DNA of 64,000 nucleotides from positions 434,001 to 498,000 of the forward strand of contig JASTWF010000339.1 of assembly GCA_030390025.1 (NCBI GenBank), written 5' to 3'. Source of the DNA: Squalus acanthias. Taxonomy: Eukaryota. Shown piece after piece: positions 37,030 through 48,255 of the stretch (positions are counted from its first letter, which is position 1; the number at the start of each line of letters is the position of its first letter). A program made the translations under genes and the position numbers. The notes under the pieces are model-generated. The model was not told the origin of the DNA and ran no database searches. It saw only the letters and a list, made by a program, of their open reading frames with translations.

Positions 37030-38403
37030 TCACTTGTGAACTCGCTGGTGTGTCAGCAGGCTGGATGACTGAGTGAATCCCTTCCCACACACTGAGCAGG
37101 TGAACGGTCTCTCCCCAGTGTGAACTCGCTGGTGAGTCAGCAGGTTGTTTGACTGAGTGAATCCCTTCCCACACTCAGAGCAGGTGAACGGCCTCTCCCT
37201 GGTGTGAACTCGCTGGTGAGTCAGCAGGTTGTTTGACTGAGTGAATCCCTTCCCACACTCAGAGCAGGTGAACGGTCTCTCCCCAGTGTGAACTCGCTGG
37301 TGTACAGTGAGTTCACATGATCGCCTGAACCCAGTCCCGCAGTGAGAGCACCTGAACGGTCTCTCGTCAGTGTGAACACGTTGATGGTACGTCAGTTCCC
37401 CAGAACTTTTAGAGCACTTCCCGCAGTCCGGGCATTTAAAAGGTCTCTCGTCAGTGTGAACTCGCTGGTGCTGCAGCAGGGTGGATGACCGAGTGAATCC
37501 CTTCCCACACTCAGTGCAGGTGAACGGCCTCTCCCCAGTGTGAACTCGCTGGTGTTCCAGCAGGGCGGATGATTGATCGAATCCCTTCCCACACTCGGAG
37601 CAGGTGAACGGTCTCTCCCCAGTGTGAACTCGCTGGTGTGTCAGTAGGTCGGATGAACACGTGAATCCCTTCCCACACTCAGAGCAGGTGAACGGCCTCT
37701 CCCCAGTGTGAACTCGCTGGTGTATCAGCAGGCTGGATGACTGAGTGAATCCCTTCCCACACTCAGTGCAGGTGAACGGCCTCTCCCCAGTGTGAAGTCG
37801 CTGGTGTGAAAGCAGGTGGGTTGACTGAGTGAATCCCTTCCCACACTCAGAGCAGGTGAACGGCCTCTCCCCAGTGTGAACTCGCTGGTGTGACAGCAGG
37901 TGGGATGACTGAGTGAATCCCTTCCCACACTCAGAGCAGGTGAATGGCCTCTCCCCAGTGTGAACTCGCTGGTGTTTCAGCAGGTGGGATGACTGAGTGA
38001 ATCCCTTCCCACACTCAGAGCAGGTGAATGGTCTCTCCCCAGTGTGAACTCGCTGGTGTGTCAGCAGGTCGTATGACTGAGTGAATCCCTTCCCACAGTC
38101 AGAGCAGGTGAACGGCCTCTCCCCAGTGTGAACTCGCTGGTGTTTCAGAAGGTCGGATGAACACGTGAATCCCTTCCCACACGCGGAGCAGGTGAATGGC
38201 CTCTCCCCGGTGTGAACTCGTCGATGAGTTTCCAGCTCAAACGGGTAGTTGAATCGCTTCCCACAGTCCCCACATTTACATGGTTTCTCCCCAGTGTGAC
38301 TGCGCTTGTGACTCGACAGGTCAGAGGATCGGCTGAAGCCTCTTCCACACACAGAACACGTGTACAGTTTCTCCCCGCTCTGAACGGTGCTTTCTGCTTC
38401 CAT
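37030..38403 (-). CDS. Intact 16-finger C2H2 zinc-finger protein, ~457 aa, no effector domain recognisable
   Basis: Within ORF 37030..38556; likely start MEAEST at 38403; acceptor AG 38498-38499; donor GTGAGT 39546-39551; poly(A) signal on the minus strand near 36880. Confidence 0.9.
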   Translation of the reverse strand: MEAESTVQSGEKLYTCSVCGRGFSRSSDLSSHKRSHTGEKPCKCGDCGKRFNYPFELETHRRVHTGERPFTCSACGKGFTCSSDLLKHQRVHTGERPFTCSDCGKGFTQSYDLLTHQRVHTGERPFTCSECGKGFTQSSHLLKHQRVHTGERPFTCSECGKGFTQSSHLLSHQRVHTGERPFTCSECGKGFTQSTHLLSHQRLHTGERPFTCTECGKGFTQSSSLLIHQRVHTGERPFTCSECGKGFTCSSDLLTHQRVHTGERPFTCSECGKGFDQSSALLEHQRVHTGERPFTCTECGKGFTRSSTLLQHQRVHTDERPFKCPDCGKCSKSSGELTYHQRVHTDERPFRCSHCGTGFRRSCELTVHQRVHTGERPFTCSECGKGFTQSNNLLTHQRVHTRERPFTCSECGKGFTQSNNLLTHQRVHTGERPFTCSVCGKGFTQSSSLLTHQRVHK

Positions 38404-39001
38404 GTTCAAAGGTCCTGATGAATGGAGTGACTCTGTCAGATATTGAAGTGATGTTTGGTTTGAGTTTCCCGTCTGCAAATCCTCCCCTTCTAACACCCTG
38501 CAAAATGAATTTAAAACAGGAAAAGTGAGGGTGAGAGAGAACCCACAAAAACACAAAGGCAGGTTGTGAAATTGAGCTGAATGAATCTGGGAATTTGTGG
38601 GGCCGGCACTAGAAAAAAGTGACCATGAAACCTGCCGGATTGTCGTAAAAACCCAACTGGTTCACTAATGTCCTTCAGGGAAGGGAACCCGCTACCCAGT
38701 CTGGGCCGACACAAGACTCTGGCCTCTATGGGAGGAGAGAGAGTGAGGTGGGAGGGGTCTGGGTAAAGGAGTGACTTTATACATCTGCAACTCGACCAGA
38801 ACTTTGACAGCACCTCCCAAACACGCGACCTCCACCACCTAGAAGGACAAGGGCAGCAGGTGCATGGGAACACCATCACCTCCCAGTTCCCCTCCAAGTC
38901 ACACACTATCCTGACTTGTACATATATCGCCGTTCCTACTCGGTATGCCCCGGGCCCGGCGGCTCTGACTCGGGGCCTGAGAACCACACTCGGTGTTGCT
39001 G

Positions 39002-39325
39002 AGGATTCCGACCCTGGGACTGTACCTGGGGATTCCAACCCTGGGACTGTACATGGGGATTCCAACCCTGGGACTGTACATGGGGATTCCAACCCTGGGA
39101 CTGTACATGGGGATTCTAACCCTGGAACTGTACATGCGGATTCCAACCCTGGGACTGTACATGGGGATTCTAACCCTGGAACTGTACATGGGGATTCTAA
39201 CCCTGGGACTGTACATGCGGATTCCAACCTTGGGACTGTACATGGGGATTCCAACCCTGGGACTGTACATGGGGATTCTAACCCTGGGACTGTACATGGG
39301 GATTCTAACCCTGGAACTGTACAAG
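39002..39325. repeat. 27-bp intronic VNTR, 12 units
   Basis: ggggatt(c/t)caaccctgggactgtacat-type units. Confidence 0.95.
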
Positions 39326-39479
39326 GGGGGCCCAGCTCTGGGGCTCTTCTGTTACAATTGTGTGGGATGTTAACCGTATGCTCTGCTTTTACCAGCGCGT
39401 TCAGGAGAGATGGTGAGAAATCCGAAGTGTGGAGAGTCTGAATCAAATAACTGATTCCCCGGGCACTAGGACCCGGTTG

Positions 39480-39900
39480 GGATCAGACACTGAAGCCCCG
39501 CCCACTCTTTGTTCCTCACCAAGATGACAGCGCATGCGCTTTGTTACTCACCGAATCAAGATGGCGGCCGTTATCCTCGGCCTGTGACCGGGAGAAGCCC
39601 CGAAGCTGCAAACGCGGGATCTTCAGGTTATTATTCGGGGCTTGCGGCCTACAGCAGTTGTTCATGAAGCCTCCCCGCCCACCGCCGGTCCATTACTCCG
39701 CTCCCTCCGTCGGCTTCTCAGTAATTTTTCCGGACCTGATCCGCATCCAACGTCTTCCGCATCCAACGGCTTCCGCGGTGACACGCACCGCGCATGCTCC
39801 AAACCCAGGCGGTCCCGCGCCTGCGCACTGGGCTCCTGTAGTCTGGGTGCGGCACATTCTCCCCTGCGGGGAATGCTGGGGAAATGCTCTGCCATTGAAA
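39480..39900 (-). promoter_or_regulatory. ZNF promoter/first exon, family 2, driving 37030-38403
   Basis: Donor at 39551; caagatggcggcc 39557; gcgcatgc and gcgcctgcgca; ZNF143-like motifs; paralog 7270-7700. Confidence 0.72.
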
Positions 39901-40079
39901 GGCCACATTAGTGAATGGAACAGGATTTACCGGAATGCATTGAGCACTGAACCATGTTCATTCTGGCAGTTAGAGTGTGTTTCTGCTTATCTTAATAACC
40001 CCTATACCTGGGCTGGAGATTAATATTCTGTATAAATATTGAATAAATCAGCTTTGTTTCAAACACAGTGTATTCAATA

Positions 40080-43000
40080 ACAGAAAATGCTGGAAATACT
40101 CAGCAGGTCAGGCAGCATCCGTGGAGAGAGAAACAGAGTTAACGTTTCAGGTCTGTGACACTTCGTCAGAACTGGAAAAAGTTAGAGATGTAACAGATTT
40201 TAAGCAGGTGCAGAGGCAGGGGAAGGCGGAGGGGAGGAAAGAATAAAAGGGACGATCTTGGATTGGGTGGAAGGCAGGAGTGGTTAAAAGTTGCAAATGG
40301 GGATGGCAGAATCATCAACACCTGCTGCCTGAAAAAATACGGGCAGAGATTCTAGTCTGAAACTGTTGAACTCAATGTTGAACCACTGCTCTCGCCGCAT
40401 CCTGAGATCCACGCTCAACGCCATGTGTTGCCACATGAACACTCTCGACCTATCTCTTCAGCAGCACCAACTCACTCTATCTCAGAGCTGTCCTGGTCCA
40501 CAGTTCCATTTCATCCTTTGCCTCATCTGATGCTTCAATAAAAAACTTTTTTTCTTCCTTTCAGCTGTCAAGGATCACAAGCTTCAACAACTCTTGGACA
40601 CCAACGCCCCTCCGGAGCCTTCTTCCCCTTCACTTTCTTCTGACAACATCCCTTCTTCCAATCTCACCCCCTGCCGTGTTTTCACTATCCACTCTGACCT
40701 TCCCCTCTCTGATGCTGAACGATAAGTCCTCAGCAAAGGCCTGAGCTTCATGCCCTTATGCCCCCACCTCAATGAACTTCGAGCTCGGCATGATGCTGAG
40801 CTCTTTTTCCATCGCCTTTGTCTCCCTGCCCACTTCTTTGGCCAGGAGTCTTCCCTCTGCACAGCGGACCCTTTCTCCTGCTTTCAGAATTCACGCTCTA
40901 CCTGGACCCCTCCCTCTGGCCTCTTACCCTCTCTAGATCTTTTCATTGCAAACAGCTGGCGTGACGTCGGCCGTCTCAATTTCTATGCTCCCCTCACTCA
41001 CTCCAACCTACCTCCCTCTGAACTTGCAGCACTCCGTTCTCGCTGATCCAACCCTAACATTGTCATTAAACCTGCTGACAAGGGTGGCGCTGTTGTTGTT
41101 TGGTGAATCGACCTCTACTGTGTGGAGGCTGAACGCCAACTCTGACATCTGCCCCTACCTCCCCCTGGATCATGACCCGACTACCAAAGATCAAGCCATT
41201 GTTTCCAAGACTGTCACTGACCTCATCTCCTCTGGAAATCTTCCCTCCATGGCCATCAACCTCATCGTCCCCCAACCCCACACAGCCCGCTTCTACCTCC
41301 TTCCCAAGATCCACAAACTGGGCTGCCCTGGTAGACCCATTGTTTCAGCCTGTTCTTGCCCCACGGAACTGATTTCTTCCTATCTCGACTCTATTTTTGC
41401 TCTCCTTGTCCAGTCTCTTCCCACCTACATTTGCGACTCTTCCAATGCCCTCCGCCATTTGAACAGTTTCCGGTTTCCTGGCCCCAACCGTTTCCTTTCC
41501 ACTATGGACGTCCAATCCCTCTACACCTCCATCCCCCACCAGGATGGCCTGAGGGCGCTCTGCTTCTTCCTTGAACAGAGGCCCAACCAGTCCCCATCCA
41601 CCACCACCCTCCTCCGCCTGGCTGAACTTGTTCTGACATTGAACAACTTCTCCTTTGACTCCACTCACTTCCTCCAAATTCAAGGTGTTGCTATGGGAAA
41701 CCGCATGGGCCCTAGCTATGCCTGCCTTTTCATGGGATAAGTGGAACATTCTTTGTTCCAGTCCTACTCGGGTCCCCTCCCTCACCTCTTTTTCTGGTAC
41801 ATTGATGACTGTATTGGTGCCGTTTCCTGCTCTCACCCTGAACTAGAAAATTTAATTCACTTTGCTTCCAATTTCCACCCTTCACTCACCTTGACATGGT
41901 CCATCTCTGACTCTTCCCTTCCCTTCCTCGACTTCATTGTCTCCATTTCTGAGGATAGGCTATCGACAAACATCCACTATAAGCCCACAGCTAACTAGAC
42001 TACACTTCCTCCCACCCCACTTTCTGTAAGGACTCTATTCCATTCTCACAGTTTCTCCGTCTCCGCCGCATCTGTTCTGACGATGCCACCTTCCATACGA
42101 GTGCTTCTGATATGCCTTCCTTTTTCTTCAACTGAGGATTCCCCTCTACCGTGGTTGACATGGCCCTCAACCGTATCCGTCCATTTCCAGCACTTCTGCT
42201 CTCACCCCATCCCCTCCCTCCCAGAACCACGATAGGGTTCCCCTTGTCCTCAGTTTCACCCTACCAGCCTTCACATTCAACAGACCATCCTCTGCCATTT
42301 CCGCCACCTCCAGCGTGATCCCACCATCCAAACACATCTTCCCCTCACCTCCCCTTTCAGCATTCCGAAGGGACCACTCCCTCCGCAGCACCCTGGTCCA
42401 CTCCTCAATCACCCTCAACAGCCCCTCCCCTGCCCACGGTACCTTCCTGTGCAAGCACAGGACATGCAACACCTGCCCTTTTACCTCCTCCCTTCCCACT
42501 GTCCAGGGCCCCAAACACCCCTTCCAGGTGAAACAGCGATTTACATGTACTTCTTGCAATTTAGTATACTGTATTCGCTGCTCACGATGCAGTCTCCTCT
42601 ATACTAGGGAGACCAAATGCAGATTGGGTGACCGCTTTGCGGAACACTTCTGTTCAGTCCGTAAGGGTGACCCCGAGCTTCTGGTCGCTTGTCACTTTAA
42701 CTCTCTGCTCCACTCCCACTCTGACCTCTCCGTCCTCGGCCTCTTACACTTTTCCAAAGAAGCTCAACGTAAGCTCGAGGAACAGCACCTCATCTTTTGT
42801 TTAGGCACATTACAGCCTTCTGGACTCAGCATTGAGTTCAACAATTTCAGACTATAACCCCTGCCCCTATTTTTTCAGCTGTTGATGATTCTGCCATCCC
42901 CATTTGCAACATTTAACCACTCCTGCCTTCCACCCAATCACAGACCGTCCCTTTTGTTCTTTCCTCCCCATCCCCTTTCTCTGCCTCTGCACCTGCTTAA

Positions 43001-43162
43001 AATTTGTTACATCTCTAACTTTTTCCAGTTCTGACGAAGGGTCACAGACCTGAAACGTTAATTCTGTTTCTGTCTCCATGGATGATGCCTGACCTGCTGA
43101 GTGTTTCCAGCATTTTCTGTTGTTATTTCAGATTTCCAGCATCCGCAGTATTTTGCTATTGT
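40080..43162 (+). mobile_element. Penelope-like retroelement (RT + GIY-YIG, decayed) with inverted 5' pLTR
   Basis: FYLLPKIHK, DVQSLYTSIP, GVAMGNRMGP, WYIDD, CKHRTCNTC, VYCIRCSRC..LYTRETK..RFAEH; ~40080-40384 is an inverted copy of ~42825-43121; 15-bp TSD acagtgtatt(c/g)aata at 40065-40079 and 43163-43177; uninterrupted paralog near 7860. Confidence 0.92.
43027..43063 (+). ncRNA. Minimal hammerhead ribozyme motif in the PLE 3' pLTR (inverted copy at ~40137-40173)
   Basis: agtt-CTGACGA-a-gggtc-aca-gacct-GAAA-cg-TT-aatt; palindromic aacgtt. Confidence 0.75.
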
Positions 43163-44129
43163 ACAGTGTATTGAATATTTGATTTCTCTGTGATAAGAGG
43201 AGACACATTGATGTTCTGTTACTGACTGTTCCATTTTGGGGCATTTCTTACTCTAGATTATAACGATTCTCATCTGGTTCACTTTCTACCACATCTAACC
43301 CCAAGCTTGTTCCGTTTGAGTACATGGCTTGTGGATGTCATAGACTGAACTGCAGTGTCCACTCCTCTATAGAACTATCCTGCATAAGATTTGAAATCCG
43401 TTATTTTCTGTATCATTTAACCCTTTTTGGATCAGATTTAGTAAAAACTCCTTCACACATATTGCATGTGATCGCCTTTGAAATGTTCTGATCTTTGTAA
43501 TTGTCATTGCTGATTTTGATGGTCTCTTTGATTTAATCTCTTGTTACTAACATACCTTGCACTATTTCTTTATTCGAGATAATTGTTTCAAATACTTCCT
43601 TTATCAGGTCTTTAGCTCCTCCATTGAACCCTGTCAGTAATCCTTGGTTAGGGTTTAGGGGCTGGGGTTCGGGTTAGGATGTTAGGCTATGAGACAGTGA
43701 TTAGGGATAGAAACCACTATTGACATGTCACTAGACATGTTCTCTTTCATTTCATGGTGTTTTAACCTCAGACAGATGAGTCAGAAAACACCCTCATGAA
43801 TTGTTCATTCAAGGAACCTTCTTTCTGGCCCGAGCCTGATTTCCTCTCTTCTTTCACATCTCTACATTTGCCACAGAAAAAGACATCAAGGTCATTAGAA
43901 TTGGGGACAAGAACAGGCGGATCCAGGTGTTGTTCTGGTTACATCCAATCATTGGCCTGCCTGAAAAGGGCTTGTGACAATAACCTGTCACCAGGCCCCA
44001 CCAGTCGCCATCTGATTCCACCATCATATCTTCATGCATTACCCGCCTTTCACCCTCACTGGAGCTGATTTCACCTCCATGACCATTCCCCATACTGAGG
44101 CTCTCTGATTCACATTTTATAGAATCAGA

Positions 44130-44348
44130 GTAAGTGGTCCCTGGATTTGGTGTATCAGTGTAAATGGTCTCTGGATTTGGTGTCTCACTGTAAGTGGTCT
44201 CTGGATTTGGTGTCTCAGTGTAAGTGGTCCCTGGATTTGATGTCTCAGTGTAAGTGGTCCCTGGATTTGGTCTCTCAGAGTAAGCGGTCCCTGGATTTGG
44301 TGTCTCAATGTAAGTTGTCCCGGGATTTGGTGTCTTGTAAGTGGTCCC
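44130..44348. repeat. 30-bp minisatellite (~7 units)
   Basis: taagtggtccctggatttggtgtctcagtg; same family as 9281-9495. Confidence 0.9.
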
Positions 44349-44350
44349 TT

Positions 44351-44610
44351 CACAGAGTGGCTTCCCCAGGTCCCGCCCCCACACAGAGCGGGGTTCACCA
44401 GGCCCCGCCCCCACACAGAGTGGGTACACCAGGCCCCGCCCCCACACAGAGGGGCTTCCCCAGGTCCCGCCCCCACACAGAGCGGGTTCCCGAGGCCCCG
44501 CCCCCACACAGTGCGGATTCCCCAGGCCCCGCCCCCACACAGTGCGGATTCCCCAGGCCCCGCCCCCACACAGTGTGGTTCCCCAGGCCCCGCCCCCACA
44601 CAGAGCGGGT
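44351..44610. repeat. ~31-bp minisatellite, 8 units, each containing a GC box
   Basis: ccaggccccgcccccacacaga units, followed by gatataaag at 44625. Confidence 0.9.
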
Positions 44611-45257
44611 TCCCGCTGGGTCAGGATATAAAGAGACCGCGCGCTGTTCCTCCTCCCACTGCCTGGGGGAATGGGCAGATATTTAAAGGGACAGGGACTC
44701 CCCTTTCTCTGTCTATTTATAGTTAAAGGGACAGTCTCGTTTATCTTGGAGTGTCGGCGGACTTCACTAACAGAGCTCCCATTAACAGTCGCTCCCTTCT
44801 GTACTGTGCAGTGATTGTAAACCTGTCTGTTTCAGTGACTTGAGCCTTTCTAAAATGTCTCACTATTTTTGACGATCCATTTGACTTGCTTGTTTAATAT
44901 TGAAAGTCTTCAGAATTTTGCAGTGTAATGAAGGTTTCGTTTAAAGGTGGAGTGATATTTCTTTCTAAATATTCTGTTCTCACCCTCCCCCTTCCACTTT
45001 GAAACACTCTGCACTACTGACTAGGAAGGTACCAAGTTCAATCCTTGATCTGTGCTGTTAGTTGATCTCTGACAAGGCAGCAGTTCAGGGGCTATAATTA
45101 TCCTCAGTACCACTGGGCTGACTAAGAGTAAGAATCAGCCACTGCCCCTGCTCTTGATGGAGATCCAGTGACATCAAGTGTATGGATGTCAATTGAGGGC
45201 AGGATTGGACTGCTGTCACTGCTGACACTCACTGAGTCGGCTGATGGGGAGGCTCTA

Positions 45258-47045
45258 GAATCATAGACTCGTTCGAGCACATTAGGAGGTCCATCGAGCC
45301 CGTGCCGTCTCTCTGCAAGAGCACTTCAGCTAGTCCCACTCCCCCCGCCCTTTCCTCGTAGCCCTGCCAACATTTTTCCTTCAGGTACTTATCCAATTCC
45401 CTTTTGAAAGCCACAGTTGAATCTGCCTCCACCACCCTTTCAGGCAGTGAATTCCAGATCCTAACCACTTGCTGCATAAAAAAGTTTTTCCTCATGTCAC
45501 CTTTGGTTCGTCTGCCAATCACCTTAAATCTGTGTCCTCTGGTTCTCGACCCTTCCATCAGTGGGAACAGCTTCTCTCTGTCTACTCTGTCTAGACCCCT
45601 GATGATGTTGAGCACCTCTATCAAATCTCCTCTCAACCAAGGAGAACAACCATAGCTTCTCTAGTCTATCCATGTAACTGAAGTCCCTCGTCCCTGGAAT
45701 CATTTTTTCTGGAACAAATCTTTTCTTCAGCCTCTCGAAGGCCTTCATATCCTTCCTAAAGTGTGGATAGACTGGAGAAGCTAGTCTGCAGGAAGATATC
45801 AATGGACTGATCAGGTGGGATGGAATTCAATCCGGAGAAGTGTGAGGCAATGCATTTGGGGAGGGCTAACAAGGCAAGGGGATACACAATAAATGGTCGG
45901 ACATTGAGAAGTGCAGAGGATCAGAGGAACCTTGGAGTGCATGTCCACAGATCCCTGAAGGTAGCAGGACAGGTAGATAAGGTGGTTAAGAATGCATACG
46001 GGATACTTGCCTTTATTAGCCGAGACATAGAATACAAGAGCAGGGAGGTTATGCTTAAACTGTATAAAACACTAGTAAGGTCACAGCTAGAGTGCAGCGT
46101 GCAGTGCTGGTCACCACATTGCAGGAAGGATGTGATAGCACTAGAGGGGGTGCAGGGGAGATTTACGAGGATGTTGCCTGGGCTGGGGAATTTTAGCCAT
46201 GAGGAAAGATTGGATAGGCTGGGATTGTTTTCTTTGGAACAGAGGAGGCTGAGGGGAGACCTAATTGAGGTGTATAAAATTATGAGGGGCCTAGAAAGAG
46301 TGGATAGGAAGGACCTATTTCCCTTAGCAGAAGGATCAATAACCAGGGGACATAGATTTAAAGTAATTGGTCGGAGGTTTAGAGGGGATTTGAGGAGAAT
46401 TCTTTTCACCCAGAGGGTGGTGGGGGTCTGGAACTCACTGCCTGAAAGGGTGGTAGAGGCAGAAACCCTCATCACATTTAAAAACTACTTAGATATGCAC
46501 TTGAAGTGCCGTAACCTACAAGGAAACGGACCAAGTGCTGGAAAGTGGGATTAGGGGGGATAGCTCTTTGTTGGCCGGCACGGACAAGATGGGCCGAATG
46601 TAAATTTCTATGGTCCTATGATTCTAAACTGGGATTGTTCTCCTTAGAGCAGAGAAGGTTGAGAGTAGATTTGATAGCGGTGTTCAGAATCACGAGGAGT
46701 CTAGACAGAGTAGACAGAGAGAAACTGTTCCCATTGGCGGAAGGGTCGAGAACCAGAGGACACAGATTTAAGGTGATTGGCAGAAGAACCAAAGGTGATA
46801 TGAGGAAAAACTTTTTACGCAGCGAGTGGTTATGATCTGGTATGCACTACCTGAAAGGATGGTGGAGGCAGATTCAATCGTGGCTTTCAAAAGGCAATTG
46901 GATGAGGACCTGAAGGAGAAACAATGTCAGGGCTCCGGGGGAAGGGTGGGGGAGTGGGACTCGCTGAAGTGCTCGTGCAGAGAGCCGGCACGGGCTCGAC
47001 GGGCCGAATGGCCACATTCTGTGCTGTAACCATTCTCTGATTCCA
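45258..47045. mobile_element. Three adjacent CR1 3' fragments (45258-45766 minus; 45780-46625 and 46626-47045 plus)
   Basis: ORFs 45229..45636, 45820..46554 and 46545..46835. Confidence 0.9.
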
Positions 47046-47311
47046 AGTATCGATATAGTTTATCTTCATTTATTCCTATTTTAATAACTTTTGCTGAATG
47101 TGGCCCTCTCCAAGGGCCAGGATATCGGATTCGGCCCACCATGGAAAATGAGATTGACTCCCCTGAGGTAGACAATGTCAACCGGATTCCCCTCATCCCC
47201 CAACCCAGCAACTTCTTCACAAAACTCAAGCAAGTTGGCCTTGTTTTCTGGAAGCCATGTTGAATATCTCTAATGGCTCCTTCCCTTTCCCCGTGATCGA
47301 AAACAGCATCT

Positions 47312-47493
47312 CTTAGGATCCCTTCAGGCACCTTCCCTGTGATCGATATCACACTGATGGGCCTCTAGTTCCCTTAGGATCCCTTCAGGCACCTTCCCTG
47401 TGATCGATATCACACTGATGGGCCTCTAGTTCTCTTAGGATCCCTTCAGGCACCTTCCCTGTGATCGATATCACACTGATGGGCCTCCAGTTC
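47312..47493. repeat. 61-bp perfect triplication inside an old antisense CR1 fragment
   Basis: cttaggatcccttcaggcacc at 47312, 47373 and 47434. Confidence 0.9.
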
Positions 47494-48047
47494 CCTGGCT
47501 CTGATTTGTCCCCAGTTTGGAAAATGGGAACTACGTGAGCTACCTTCCAATCTCAGGGAGCAATCCCTGACTCTACTGAGCTGAAGACACAGGCAAGGGG
47601 GTCACAGAGCACCCGTCCGATCTCTTTAAACACAGTTGGGTGGAAATCACCTGGATCTTGCAGGCCTCAAGATTAACCCGCACGGCGACTTTGGTTTCAG
47701 TGAAGAGAGACGAGAAAGGCCAAAGTGCCGTTTGCCCCTCTCAGTGTGGCCCTGAAGGACTGTGTCCAGGCTGTAGTTCTGTTCCCGCTGTACGATCGTC
47801 CCCCCAGATTGTCCTTTCTGAGCTCCAGCCAGGTGATGCTAAACACTCAGGTGGGAACGACAAAAATCCACAACAATGTGTTTAAAGCAAAGCTGATTTA
47901 TTTGACAGATATCCAGAATATTAAACTCCAGCCCAGTTACAGGGGTTATTAACATCAGCAGAAACAAACCCCAACTGTCAGAATGAACACGATTCGGTCC
48001 AGGATGTAATTAACAGCAGAAAAATCATCAGAATCCAACCTCTGCAG

Positions 48048-48252
48048 TCACTTGTGAACTCGCTGGTGTGTCAGCAGGCTGGATGACTGAGTGAATCCCT
48101 TCCCACACACGGAGCAGGTGAACGGCCTCTCCCCAGTGTGAACTCGCTGGTGTGTCAGCAGGGTGGATGACTGAGTGAATCCCTTCCCACACTCAGAGCA
48201 GGTGAACGGCCTCTCCCCAGTGTGAACTCGATGGTTTTTCAGCAGGTTGGAT
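48048..48252 (-). pseudogene. 3' end of a ZNF exon (2.5 fingers) cut off by CR1
   Basis: Finger repeats, HK-stop end, and 3' flank matching 36680-37030. Confidence 0.85.
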
Positions 48253-48255
48253 GCA

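Noticed and set aside
38404..38556. N-terminal extension of the 508-aa ZNF ORF
   Set aside because: It starts at a non-ATG codon in the polypyrimidine tract upstream of the acceptor at 38498; MEAEST is the first ATG in the exon, although an unseen upstream coding exon cannot be excluded
38511..39446. Long ORFs with PGLESPCTV / DSNPGTVHG repeats (also 55423-56048)
   Set aside because: Stop-free frames of a 27-bp intronic VNTR; open on both strands, with unit number varying from 3 to 13 between paralogs
43645..43710. Telomere-like ttaggg repeats
   Set aside because: Only a few degenerate units, not an array
44680..44735. ttaaagggaca motifs resembling Kolobok/T2-MITE ends
   Set aside because: The two motifs are in direct orientation and no matching inverted end was found
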